The notes below the pieces were generated by a model, which worked only from the letters and a program-made list of their open reading frames with translations, made no database searches and was not told where the DNA came from. Source: an uncultured Hyphomicrobiales bacterium (GTDB lineage: Bacteria; Pseudomonadota; Alphaproteobacteria; Rhizobiales; Xanthobacteraceae). From it: DNA of 64,000 nt. Numbering within the stretch: the stretch's first letter is position 1; each line of letters begins with the position of its first letter. The position numbers were made by a program, and so were the translations under genes. Of the stretch, positions 8,904 through 17,491 are shown piece by piece. The DNA lies in the NCBI GenBank assembly GCA_903878085.1, contig CAIRGJ010000013.1, forward strand, positions 17,456 through 81,455, in the 5' to 3' direction.

Positions 8904-9518
8904 TCAGTTGGCCAAGCTTCTTGCCAGTTGGCCGAGCCAGGTCAGCACCGGAAACGGCGTCAGGAATTGGAACGCAACGGCGATGGCCGCCAGCACGGCG
9001 ACATTGATAATCGCGCCGAGCAGCAGCCGTTGCGCGAGCGGCGGGTAGGGCGGCTGGTTGTCGGCGGGCCAGGCAAAGGCCTCTTCCCATTTGTCCTGCG
9101 GCACGTCGTCCGGCCTGATTTTCTCGAACGGCACCCAGGCCCGGTACGCCGCAATGCCGCGCTCCCGCGCAATGGCGTTTCGCAACCAGAACGCATTATG
9201 CCGCCCGGCGAGATCGATGGCGGCCGTGATCGCGAGCCGCGCCAGGAACAGGATCAGCAGACAGGCGAGGTAGACATAGCCGATCCAGAAACCCGACGTG
9301 AGCCATGATTTGGTGAAGGACCGCACGCTGAACATCGCCGCGAACAAATCCACGGTCGCGCTGACCAACCTGTCGAGACCGGTGAAGAGCCGGCCAAACG
9401 CCGAGGTCTGATCGGCGGCCTGGAGAAACAGGATGACCGCGACCACCACGGCGAGCTGAAACAGCGGAAACCTGACGATGCTCCGGATCGGCGCCGTCAG
9501 TTGCTTGATCATGCCCAT
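8904..9518 (-). CDS. Hypothetical membrane protein
   Basis: 204 aa, three hydrophobic segments, host-like codon usage. Confidence 0.75.
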   Translation of the reverse strand: MGMIKQLTAPIRSIVRFPLFQLAVVVAVILFLQAADQTSAFGRLFTGLDRLVSATVDLFAAMFSVRSFTKSWLTSGFWIGYVYLACLLILFLARLAITAAIDLAGRHNAFWLRNAIARERGIAAYRAWVPFEKIRPDDVPQDKWEEAFAWPADNQPPYPPLAQRLLLGAIINVAVLAAIAVAFQFLTPFPVLTWLGQLARSLAN

Positions 9519-9589
9519 GGGGGGCTCCTGGGAGTGGCCGAGGCAGTGTATCTATTGTGGTGCGGCTTGTCCGCTGCATCGCGAGGAAG

Positions 9590-9656
9590 GGCGGATGACG
9601 CGGAGCATGTCATCGGCCGGCGCTTCGCGCCGACCCGTTGGCTAATCCGCCCCACG
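9590..9656. repeat. Composite REP element, copy 1 (GTGG foot on the minus strand)
   Basis: GGCGGATGAC..CTAATCCGCCCCAC; nearly identical to 10402-10467 in direct orientation. Confidence 0.85.
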
Positions 9657-9669
9657 GAGCTTGATCGCA

Positions 9670-9687
9670 GGTAACTTTTATGTTACC
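9670..9687. promoter_or_regulatory. TA operator palindrome
   Basis: GGTAAC-N6-GTTACC directly upstream of the toxin ATG; no SD. Confidence 0.65.
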
Positions 9688-9694
9688 CTTCAAT

Positions 9695-10024
9695 ATGCTC
9701 GAAATCCGCTATTATGTGGCGGTAGACGGCCGCCAGCCATTCGCCGAATGGTTTGCGAGTTTGGAGCCTGTCACGCGTGCCAAGGTCGCGCGTGCCGTCG
9801 CCCGGATGGAACAAGGCAACCTGTCGAACGTCAAACCGGTTGGCGGCGGCGTGCTGGAATATCGGATCGACTTCGGGCCGGGCTACCGGGTCTATTTCGG
9901 GCGTGACGGCGAGACGCTGGTCATTCTGCTGACCGGCGGCAGCAAGAAGCGGCAGCAGCGCGATATCGAGGCGGCCAGCGCCTGCTGGCAGGATTACAAA
10001 CGGCGCAAGCCCATCCGTCGTTGA
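9695..10024 (+). CDS. Type II toxin, RelE/ParE (HigB-like addiction-module killer) family
   Basis: PFAEWF, GNLSNVKPVGGGVLEYRIDFGPGYRVYFG signature. Confidence 0.9.
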   Translation: MLEIRYYVAVDGRQPFAEWFASLEPVTRAKVARAVARMEQGNLSNVKPVGGGVLEYRIDFGPGYRVYFGRDGETLVILLTGGSKKRQQRDIEAASACWQDYKRRKPIRR

Positions 10025-10037
10025 GGGAAGACCAGAC

Positions 10038-10349
10038 ATGCCACGATCGAAGAAGTTCAAGGACCTGGTGCAGGCTCAGGTCAAGACCGACAAGAAATTT
10101 GCCGAAGCGCTGCTGCGTGAAGGCATCGACGCCATGTTGAGCGGCGACGTCGAGACCGGAAAATCTCTGCTGCGCGACACCATCAAGGCGACGGTCGGCT
10201 TCGAGCAGCTTGCCAAGGCGACCGGCGCGCCGGCCAAGAGCCTGATCCGCATGTTCGGCCCGCGCGGCAATCCGCAGGCGAAAAATCTCTTCAGCGTCAT
10301 CAGCTATCTGCAAAAGAAGGCCGGCCTGCATTTGCGCGTCGCGGCTTAG
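10038..10349 (+). CDS. HTH antitoxin (addiction-module antidote)
   Basis: GFEQLAKATG..KSLIRMFGPRGNPQAKNLF HTH; lies downstream of the toxin (HigBA order). Confidence 0.88.
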   Translation: MPRSKKFKDLVQAQVKTDKKFAEALLREGIDAMLSGDVETGKSLLRDTIKATVGFEQLAKATGAPAKSLIRMFGPRGNPQAKNLFSVISYLQKKAGLHLRVAA

Positions 10350-10401
10350 CGACGTCGGGCGCAATAGCAAAGCATATTGCGCCTTCTGCAGATCGGACAA
10401 T

Positions 10402-10467
10402 GGCGGATGATGCGGAGCCGTCATCGGCCGGCGCTTCGCGCCGACCCGTTGGCTAATCCGCCCTACG
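10402..10467. repeat. Composite REP element, copy 2 (GTAG foot on the minus strand)
   Basis: Minus strand reads CGTAGGGCGGATTAGCC..; abuts the paralog fragment. Confidence 0.85.
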
Positions 10468-10525
10468 GCCTCGTCGAGCCAATAGGCGCCGATGGCGGGC
10501 AACGGTTTTTCTTCGGAGGGGTCAT
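10466..10525 (-). pseudogene. N-terminal fragment (codons 1-20) of a paralog of 5054-5362
   Basis: EEKPLPAIGAYWLDEA vs DDKPLRAIGAYWIDEV; 40/48 nt identical; ATG at 10525 is one base out of frame in a C-run. Confidence 0.78.
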
Positions 10526-10565
10526 AGCGAGAAGTCTAGCACGGCGTGATCGTCACGTGCCGGTA

Positions 10566-10637
10566 AGTCATGGGGCGGATCAGGCTGCGCTGATCCGCCC
10601 CATGACTTTGCTTTCCAATAAATGACTTTGCTTTCCA
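10566..10637. repeat. 18-bp perfect REP-like hairpin plus 16-bp direct repeat
   Basis: AGTCATGGGGCGGATCAG-gctgcg-CTGATCCGCCCCATGACT; ATGACTTTGCTTTCCA at 10602 and 10622. Confidence 0.75.
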
Positions 10638-10641
10638 GTAA

Positions 10642-11460
10642 CTACTTCGCGAAGGCCGGGAACACCGGCAATTTTTCGACGTCGCGCGCATCGTGCTGGA
10701 TGAGGATCGTCGCCTTCAGATTCGATGCGATGTTATTGAGGCGCTCGACCGAAGCCACGGTCTGGGCGCGATCGTAGTTGAACGCGGGCACGCCGCTCGA
10801 TTTGGCATTCTCGCGGAAATGGATCGCGTCGCCGCTGAGGATCACAGCGCCCATCTGCGGCAGCTTCACCAGCAGGCTCGAATGTCCCGGCGTATGCCCG
10901 GGCGTGCGCAGCACGATCACGGTGCCGTCCTCAAACACGTCTTTGTCGAGCGTCAGCGCTTCGAGCTTGCCTTCGCCTTTGATCCAGCTTTCGAACGGCT
11001 TGAAGTTTACGCCTTGGCCCGGCTTCGGACTGGAGATCGCGTCCCAATCGCCTTTGCCGATCAACACAGTTGCCTTCGGAAATGAGGCAACTTGGCCGGT
11101 GTGGTCGGCGTGATAATGGCTGATGCCGACGTATTTGATCTGATCGGGTTTTACGTCGATCTTCGCCAGGTAATCGACCAGGCTCACCTTGGGCGCGACG
11201 TTGGGCGCCGTCGTGGCGTGGCCCGTATCCCACAGCATGTAGTCGTCGCCGTGCTTGATGAGATAGCAGCTGAAGACGAACTGAAGCTTCAGATCGCCAT
11301 ACGCATAGGTGTCCGAGAAGCGCTGGTTGACCGGCACGGGTGCCTGCGGCGTGCCGCAATCGAAGCGCGCGAGCAAAACCTCCGGCGCTGCCTGCGCGGT
11401 TGTTGCGAGACCGGCGAGGAGACTGGCGCCGAGAGCGAGGATGGGCAGTGTTCGATTCAT
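10642..11460 (-). CDS. N-acyl homoserine lactonase family metallo-beta-lactamase with signal peptide
   Basis: SHYHADH (HxHxDH), TPGHTPGH, SGDAIH; Sec signal ending in AQA. Confidence 0.8.
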   Translation of the reverse strand: MNRTLPILALGASLLAGLATTAQAAPEVLLARFDCGTPQAPVPVNQRFSDTYAYGDLKLQFVFSCYLIKHGDDYMLWDTGHATTAPNVAPKVSLVDYLAKIDVKPDQIKYVGISHYHADHTGQVASFPKATVLIGKGDWDAISSPKPGQGVNFKPFESWIKGEGKLEALTLDKDVFEDGTVIVLRTPGHTPGHSSLLVKLPQMGAVILSGDAIHFRENAKSSGVPAFNYDRAQTVASVERLNNIASNLKATILIQHDARDVEKLPVFPAFAK

Positions 11461-11631
11461 TGTTTCGTCCCCTGGTTTGTTTGTTATGCCGGCCTTTTTT
11501 GGCCGGTTGAGGGCTCACGGCGTGACAGCCGCGAACCCGGCGATAAGTGGTCCGCGTAGAATACACGCATGTGACGGGTGGCGGAATGGCCGTTCCGCGC
11601 CTTCACGGGTGCGCCAGTCCGGCGCTGCGTT

Positions 11632-11898
11632 CTACAGAAATTTGGCGCCGATCTGTGACCCGCGCCGCCATTTGACGCTGGCGCGCCGGCCCGTGCCGGT
11701 ACGCGACGTCATGAAGGTGAATGTGCTCGGCACGGATTGGGCGGCGTCGATGGAAATCTGAACGCCGGTATCGGACAGGTCGATGATGGTGCAGGGCCGC
11801 ACCGCAAAGCCGCTGTCCGGGCGAATAAAGCCATTCACGCTCACCTTGCGGCGCGCGGCCTTGCGCTGGTCTTTTCCTCGTCGAGTAGAACCGAACAT
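11632..11898 (-). CDS. Single-domain PilZ protein
   Basis: RKAARR and DLSDTG c-di-GMP-binding motifs. Confidence 0.85.
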   Translation of the reverse strand: MFGSTRRGKDQRKAARRKVSVNGFIRPDSGFAVRPCTIIDLSDTGVQISIDAAQSVPSTFTFMTSRTGTGRRASVKWRRGSQIGAKFL

Positions 11899-12135
11899 AG
11901 TGATGCCTGAACACTCGAGGGCCGGCATGTTCCGATTTTCTTGAAGCATGTCGCGGTTGCGCCGAAGTATACACGCGTGGGCGTTTTCTCCCAAACTGCG
12001 GTTAAATACTTATGCGGTTGGACGGCCGTAATCCGCAGACCCTCGTCATGGCCGGGCTTTATCCGGCCTTATTCAGCCCTTTTGCACCCCACCCCTCGAC
12101 CCCCTATATATCTCCCTCCAGGAGCCATTCCCTCA

Positions 12136-13200
12136 ATGACCGCCCCCATATCCACGACCCCCACCGCCCCCGCCACGCCTGAAAAAATCCCCGTCACCGT
12201 GCTCACCGGCTATCTCGGCGCCGGCAAGACCACGCTGTTGAACCGCATTCTGTCGGAGCCGCACGGCAAGAAATACGCCGTCATCGTCAATGAATTCGGC
12301 GAAATCGGCATCGACAACGAGCTCATCGTCAATGCCGAGGAAGAAGTCTTCGAGATGAACAACGGCTGCATCTGCTGCACCGTTCGCGGCGACCTGGTGC
12401 GCATCATCGACGGGCTGATGCGCAGGAAGGGCAAGTTCGACGCCATCATCGTCGAGACCACCGGCCTCGCGGATCCGGCGCCGGTGGCGCAGACCTTCTT
12501 CATGGACGAGAACGTCGGCGCCCGCACCAGGCTCGATGCCGTGATCACGGTGGCCGACGCCATGTGGCTCAAGGACCGGCTCAAGGACGCGCCGGAGGCC
12601 AAGAACCAGATCGCCTTCGCCGACGTCATCCTGCTCAACAAGGCCGACTTGGTGACGCCGGCCGAGCTGGACGAGATCGAGGCGCGCATCCGCGCCATCA
12701 ATCCATATGCCCGGCTGCACCGCACCGAGCGCGCCAAAATCGATATCGCCGAGGTGCTCGGCCGCAACGCCTTCGATCTCGACCGCATTCTCGACATCGA
12801 GCCGCAGTTCCTGACCGCCGACAGCCACGACCATCATCATGACCACGATCACGGCCACGATCATCACCACCACGATCACGGCGGCCTCAAGCACTATCAC
12901 GACGAGGACATGCAATCGATTTCGATCAAGACCGACAAGCCGATCGATCCCGACAAGTTTTTCCCCTGGGTGCAGGATTTGGTGGCGACCGACGGCAAGG
13001 ATATTCTGCGCTCCAAGGGCATCATCAATTTCAAGGACGACCCGGAACGTTACGTGTTCCAGGGCGTGCACATGATCCTCGACGGCGATCACCAGCGGAA
13101 ATGGAAAGACGGCGAGACGCGCGACAGCCGTATCGTCTTCATCGGCCGCCAGTTGCCGGAAGAAAAAATCCGCAAGGGTTTCGAAAGCTGTATTGCGTGA
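12136..13200 (+). CDS. COG0523 (CobW/YjiA family) G3E GTPase metallochaperone
   Basis: [30 protein letters not shown]; His-rich linker; CobW_C RSKG. Confidence 0.93.
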   Translation: MTAPISTTPTAPATPEKIPVTVLTGYLGAGKTTLLNRILSEPHGKKYAVIVNEFGEIGIDNELIVNAEEEVFEMNNGCICCTVRGDLVRIIDGLMRRKGKFDAIIVETTGLADPAPVAQTFFMDENVGARTRLDAVITVADAMWLKDRLKDAPEAKNQIAFADVILLNKADLVTPAELDEIEARIRAINPYARLHRTERAKIDIAEVLGRNAFDLDRILDIEPQFLTADSHDHHHDHDHGHDHHHHDHGGLKHYHDEDMQSISIKTDKPIDPDKFFPWVQDLVATDGKDILRSKGIINFKDDPERYVFQGVHMILDGDHQRKWKDGETRDSRIVFIGRQLPEEKIRKGFESCIA

Positions 13201-13208
13201 TGGTTCTT

Positions 13209-13331
13209 GTCGTCCCCGCGAAGGCGGGGACCTATACGCCGTGTCGTTTCGATTTGGCGAAGTAAAAGTTGCCTGTGCCGAGTTCGTCCGCGAGGCCAGG
13301 GGTTATGGGTCCCCGCCTTCGCGGGGACGAC
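13209..13331. repeat. REP doublet/MITE GTCGTCCCCGCGAAGGCGGGGACC..GGTCCCCGCCTTCGCGGGGACGAC
   Basis: Long terminal inverted repeats; same family at 34741-34864 and 28505-28530. Confidence 0.85.
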
Positions 13332-13364
13332 AGCACAACAAGCGGCAATGACGAGACCGATTAT

Positions 13365-14366
13365 ATGCCCTCCACCACCGCCCCCATTCCCTCGCTTGCC
13401 GACCGCGTCCGTCCCATCAAGGCGCAGGCGCCGGTGGTCGGCGTGCATTTCTTCGGTTCAACGCCGGTCTTCGTGCTCGGCGAGCAAGCGCTGCTGTTTG
13501 CCCCCGACGGTAAAGAGGCGCTGCTGCCGATCCACGGCGGCGGCATTCTTGCCAGCGTCTCGGACGGCAAGCGCATCGTCACCGGCGGCGACGACGGCAA
13601 ATTGATCGCGACCTCAGCCGACGGCGCGCACGACGTCATCGCCACCGACGACAAAAAACGCTGGATCGATCAGGTCGCGCTCGGGCCGGACGGCGCGGTG
13701 GCGTGGTCGGCGGGGAAAACCGCGCACGTCCGCACCGGCAAGGGCGAGGTGCGCAGCTTCGAGGCGCCCTCGACCGTGGCCGGTCTGTGCTTTGCGCCGA
13801 AGGGCCTGCGGCTGGCGATCGCGCATTACAATGGCGCTTCGCTCTGGTTCCCCAATGCGGCGGCAGCGCCGGCGAAATTCGAATGGAAGGGCTCGCATCT
13901 CGGCGTCACCATCAGCCCCGACGGCAAATTTCTGATGACGACGATGCAGGAAGCGACGCTGCACGGCTGGCGCATCGCCGACGCCAAGAACATGCGCATG
14001 TCCGGCTATTCGGCGCGGGTGCGCTCGTTCGGCTGGACCGCGGACGGCGATTACCTCGCGACCTCCGGCTCCGAGCAGCTCATCTTGTGGCCGTTCGACG
14101 GCAAAGACGGCCCGATGGGACGGCAGCCGAAAATGCTGGCGCCGTCGCAAGCCCGCGTTACGGCGGTCGCCTGCCATCCGAAGCAGCCGGTGGTGGCGGC
14201 AGGCTACGGCGACGGCACGGTGCTGATGGTGCGCATCGAGGATGGCGCGCCGATCGCCGCCCGAGCGGCCCACGGCGATCCGGTCAGCGCCATTGGCTGG
14301 GATGCCGCCGGGCGTATTCTGGCGTTCGGTACCGAATCCGGCGACGCCGGCGTGCTGGCGCTGTGA
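13365..14366 (+). CDS. WD40/beta-propeller repeat protein
   Basis: Repeated x-S-P-D-G and GxDG blade turns; follows the COG0523 gene. Confidence 0.85.
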   Translation: MPSTTAPIPSLADRVRPIKAQAPVVGVHFFGSTPVFVLGEQALLFAPDGKEALLPIHGGGILASVSDGKRIVTGGDDGKLIATSADGAHDVIATDDKKRWIDQVALGPDGAVAWSAGKTAHVRTGKGEVRSFEAPSTVAGLCFAPKGLRLAIAHYNGASLWFPNAAAAPAKFEWKGSHLGVTISPDGKFLMTTMQEATLHGWRIADAKNMRMSGYSARVRSFGWTADGDYLATSGSEQLILWPFDGKDGPMGRQPKMLAPSQARVTAVACHPKQPVVAAGYGDGTVLMVRIEDGAPIAARAAHGDPVSAIGWDAAGRILAFGTESGDAGVLAL

Positions 14367-14485
14367 CTGCTTTCTGACATTATTGCGTGCGATTCACGGC
14401 TGCGGCGTTAGATTCCAGGCTGTCGATTCGGAACCAACGCCCTCGTCGCGGATTGCCCGGGCGGGCTCGCGGAAGTGGGACATCA

Positions 14486-15802
14486 ATGCGCACCTCAAAA
14501 TTCAGACGGCTTGCGGCGGCTTTGCTCACCGGCAGCGCCATTGCTATTGTTTCGTTGTCGGCATCGGTCGTCACCGCGTCGCTGACGCCGGCCATAGCGC
14601 AGGTGTCCGGCGAATTCCAGCAGGCGCTCGAGCCCTATGGCGAATGGCGGCGCAATGCGCGCTGGGGCGACGTCTGGGTGCCGGATCAGCGGCCGCGCGG
14701 CTGGCGTCCCTATAGCGTCGGGCATTGGATCTATACCGACGACTGGGGCTGGTACTGGATCTCCGACGACGATGAGGCCGACTGGGGCTGGGTGACCTAT
14801 CACTATGGCCGCTGGATTCATGACCGAGGGACATGGTTCTGGGTGCCCGGCAACGACTGGGGCCCAGCCTGGGTCGATTGGCGGCGTAGCGACAGTTATG
14901 TTGGCTGGGCGCCGCTGCCGCCCGATGACGTGATGTACGAATACAGCGAAGAGCCAGCGTACTGGACCTTCGTCGAGCCGCGTTACGTCACCGCGCCGCG
15001 GCCGCGCATGTTTTTCCTGCCGCAACAACGCGCGTTGGGCGCGCTGCGGTCGAGTGTGATCGTCAATCGCACATTCCGTTCGGGCGGGCGCGTCGCGGTC
15101 AATCCCGGCATTTCGCCGGCCTTGATCGGCGCGACGTCGCGCCGTCCGGTCCCGACCTTCCGGGTCGCGCCGCGCGTGCTGGCGGGAACGCAGGGCGTCA
15201 GCGGCGCCGTGCCGGTACGGCGCGAGGATTTCCGCCAGCGCGGCGCGCCGCGCGGTGTCAACCCGGTGGCGCCGATCAGCGTGCAGCGCACGACCACGGT
15301 GATTCAGCCCGCCACCGCGGTGCCGAAGCCGGAGCCGTTGCGTCAGGACGAACGCGGCCGGCTCGGCACGCATCCCCCGCGCGCAGCTCAAGGTGGCGTT
15401 GGCGGTGCTGCGCCGCCGTCACCGCCACCGCCGCAACAGCAACAACCGCAGCTGGCTCCGATGTCGCCGCCTGCAGGCGCGCCGCCGCGTCCGGCGCCGC
15501 AGTTCGCGCCCGTGCGCCCGGGCGAGCCGCCACAGGCAAGACCCGAGCGGCCGATCGCGCCGCAAACTCCACCGCCGCCACCGCCACAACAGCGGCAGTT
15601 GCCGCCGCTAGGCGCGCCCGCGCCAATGCAGTCGCGGCCGGCATCGCCGCCGCCTCCACCGCCACCGGCGGTTCGAGCCCCGGCACCGCCACCTCCGCCG
15701 ATGGCTCGACCGGTGGCACCGCCACCGCCGCCTGCCGCGGTGCAGAAGAAGGCGCCGCCGAAACCGGGCGAAAAGCCGGAAAAGCCCGAAGACAGGAAAT
15801 AG
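14486..15802 (+). CDS. Exported DUF6600-like protein with long Pro-rich tail
   Basis: LEPYGEW..WRPYSVGHW..WGWVTYHYGRW aromatic-rich domain; signal-like N-terminus; poly-Pro C-terminus. Confidence 0.78.
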   Translation: MRTSKFRRLAAALLTGSAIAIVSLSASVVTASLTPAIAQVSGEFQQALEPYGEWRRNARWGDVWVPDQRPRGWRPYSVGHWIYTDDWGWYWISDDDEADWGWVTYHYGRWIHDRGTWFWVPGNDWGPAWVDWRRSDSYVGWAPLPPDDVMYEYSEEPAYWTFVEPRYVTAPRPRMFFLPQQRALGALRSSVIVNRTFRSGGRVAVNPGISPALIGATSRRPVPTFRVAPRVLAGTQGVSGAVPVRREDFRQRGAPRGVNPVAPISVQRTTTVIQPATAVPKPEPLRQDERGRLGTHPPRAAQGGVGGAAPPSPPPPQQQQPQLAPMSPPAGAPPRPAPQFAPVRPGEPPQARPERPIAPQTPPPPPPQQRQLPPLGAPAPMQSRPASPPPPPPPAVRAPAPPPPPMARPVAPPPPPAAVQKKAPPKPGEKPEKPEDRK

Positions 15803-15824
15803 GGCGCGTCGATTGCGCACAACA

Positions 15825-15854
15825 AAACGGGCGGCCGCAAAGGGCCGCCCGTTT
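15825..15854. terminator. Bidirectional intrinsic terminator
   Basis: AAACGGGCGGCC-gcaaag-GGCCGCCCGTTT between convergent genes. Confidence 0.8.
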
Positions 15855-15888
15855 CATTTAGTGGAGCTGCGCGCTCGTAATTTTATTT

Positions 15889-15937
15889 GCGCATGACCTT
15901 GCCCGAAAACCGGTTCCCGCTTTTCGGGATCATGCGC
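15889..15937. repeat. GCGCATGA..TCATGCGC palindromic repeat
   Basis: Nested inverted repeats abutting the hss stop codon. Confidence 0.6.
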
Positions 15938-17370
15938 TAGCGCACCAGCACGTTCTTGAACTGCCAGGGGTCGCGCTTGTCGATGTCTTCGGCGAACAAT
16001 CCCGGCCGGCCCGAGAGCGGCGTCCAGTCGGTGTAGGCGCCGATCACGGGGCCGAGATACGGCGTCTGCACCTCAAGGCAGCGGCGGAAATCCATCTCGT
16101 CGGCTTCGACGATGCCGGCTTTCGGATGTTCCAGCGCCCAGACCATGCCGGCGAGCACGGCCGAGGTCACCTGCAGGCCGGTGGCGTTCTGGTTCGGCGC
16201 GATCTCGCGGGTCTCTTCGATCGACAGCTGCGAACCGTACCAGTAGGCGTTCTTCTTGTGGCCGTAGAGCAGCACGCCGAGCTCGTCGATGCCGTCGACG
16301 ATCTCGTGCTCGTCCAGAATATGCAGTTCCGATTGCTTGGTGCCGGCCTTGCCGAAAAACTCGTGCAGCGACAGCACTGCGTCGTCGCACGGATGATAGG
16401 CGTAATGACAGGTCGGCCGGTACACGGTCTTGCGGCCGTCGCGCAGCGTGAAGTAGTCGGAAATCGAGATCGACTCGTTGTGCGTGACCAGGAAGCCGTA
16501 TTGCGCGGTCGCCGTCGGCGTCCACGAGCGCACGCGCGTATTGGCGCCCGGCTGCGTCATATAGATCGCGGCCTGACAGCCCTTCTTATGCTTGCCGGCG
16601 TTCTTCGGCATCCACTTCTCATGCGTGCCCCAGCCGAGTTCGGCCGGCTGCATGCCTTCGGACAGGAAGCCTTCGATCGACCAGGTGTTGACGAAGGTGT
16701 CGATGTCCTTCGGCTTCTTGGCGCGCTGGGTGTCGCGCTCGGCGATGTGGATGCCCTTGACGCCGGCTTTCTTGGCGAGCCTGCCCCAGTCTTCGCGGGT
16801 CTTGGGCTCCTTGAACTTGAGGCCGAGGTCGGTGGCGACATTGAGCAGGCCCTGCTTGACGAACCAGGACACCATGCCGGGATTGGCGCCGCAGCAGGAC
16901 ACCGCGGTGTGGCTGCCCGGCTTGCGCTTGGCCTTGGCGGCCAGCGTCTTCTCGCGCAGCGCGTAGTTGGAGCGCTCTTCCGGCCCGAGCTTGGGGTCGA
17001 AGTAGAAACCGGCCCACGGCTCGTTGACGGTGTCGATATAGAGCGCGCCGATCTCGTTGCAGAATTCCATGATGTCTATCGAGGAGGTATCGACCGACAA
17101 ATTGACGCAGAAGCCCTGGCCGGAACCGGCCGTGAGCAGCGGCTTCAAGAGGTGCTTGTAATTATCCTTGGTGACGGCCTGGTGGATGAACTTGATGCCC
17201 TTGTCGTCCAGGATTTTGCGATCCTTGTCCTCGGGATCGATGACCACGAGACGGGACTTGTCGTAATCGAAGTGGCGTTCGATCAAAGGCAGCGTACCTT
17301 TGCCGATCGAGCCGAAGCCGATCATGACGATGGGACCGGAAATCGCGCCGTGCTTGGGCCAATCAGCCAT
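15937..17370 (-). CDS. hss: Homospermidine synthase
   Basis: IGFGSIG, LYIDTVNEPW, CCGANPGMVS, NTWSIEGF, THNESISI, NATGLQV. Confidence 0.95.
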   Translation of the reverse strand: MADWPKHGAISGPIVMIGFGSIGKGTLPLIERHFDYDKSRLVVIDPEDKDRKILDDKGIKFIHQAVTKDNYKHLLKPLLTAGSGQGFCVNLSVDTSSIDIMEFCNEIGALYIDTVNEPWAGFYFDPKLGPEERSNYALREKTLAAKAKRKPGSHTAVSCCGANPGMVSWFVKQGLLNVATDLGLKFKEPKTREDWGRLAKKAGVKGIHIAERDTQRAKKPKDIDTFVNTWSIEGFLSEGMQPAELGWGTHEKWMPKNAGKHKKGCQAAIYMTQPGANTRVRSWTPTATAQYGFLVTHNESISISDYFTLRDGRKTVYRPTCHYAYHPCDDAVLSLHEFFGKAGTKQSELHILDEHEIVDGIDELGVLLYGHKKNAYWYGSQLSIEETREIAPNQNATGLQVTSAVLAGMVWALEHPKAGIVEADEMDFRRCLEVQTPYLGPVIGAYTDWTPLSGRPGLFAEDIDKRDPWQFKNVLVR

Positions 17371-17491
17371 TATTCAATCCTCCAATAATATTCGGGTCAT
17401 ATCTGCCGAGTGTGACGAACGGAAGGGTGAACGCCGCGATTTGCGCGCGGCGTCCACGATTTTCTGCCGGTTTTGCGGCTTTTTCGAAGGT

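Noticed and set aside
6364-10465. Conventional transposon, prophage or integrative element
   Set aside because: No transposase, integrase, phage gene, tRNA target or terminal inverted repeats visible
9921-10502. 193-aa minus-strand ORF starting MPAIGAYWLDE
   Set aside because: A chimera of the paralog fragment, REP sequence and the antisense strand of the TA module; not a coherent gene
9590-10637. CRISPR array or integron
   Set aside because: Only 2-3 repeats with gene-sized spacing; no cas or intI genes; no regular spacers
11995-12015. CtrA or Zur site upstream of PilZ/COG0523
   Set aside because: Only a lone TTAA; no second half-site and no TGTTA palindrome
12829-12885. CAY/GAY trinucleotide tandem repeats (also at ~1455-1495, ~28030-28100 and ~30165-30200)
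   Set aside because: They encode His/Asp-rich metal-binding loops, which are normal for these families
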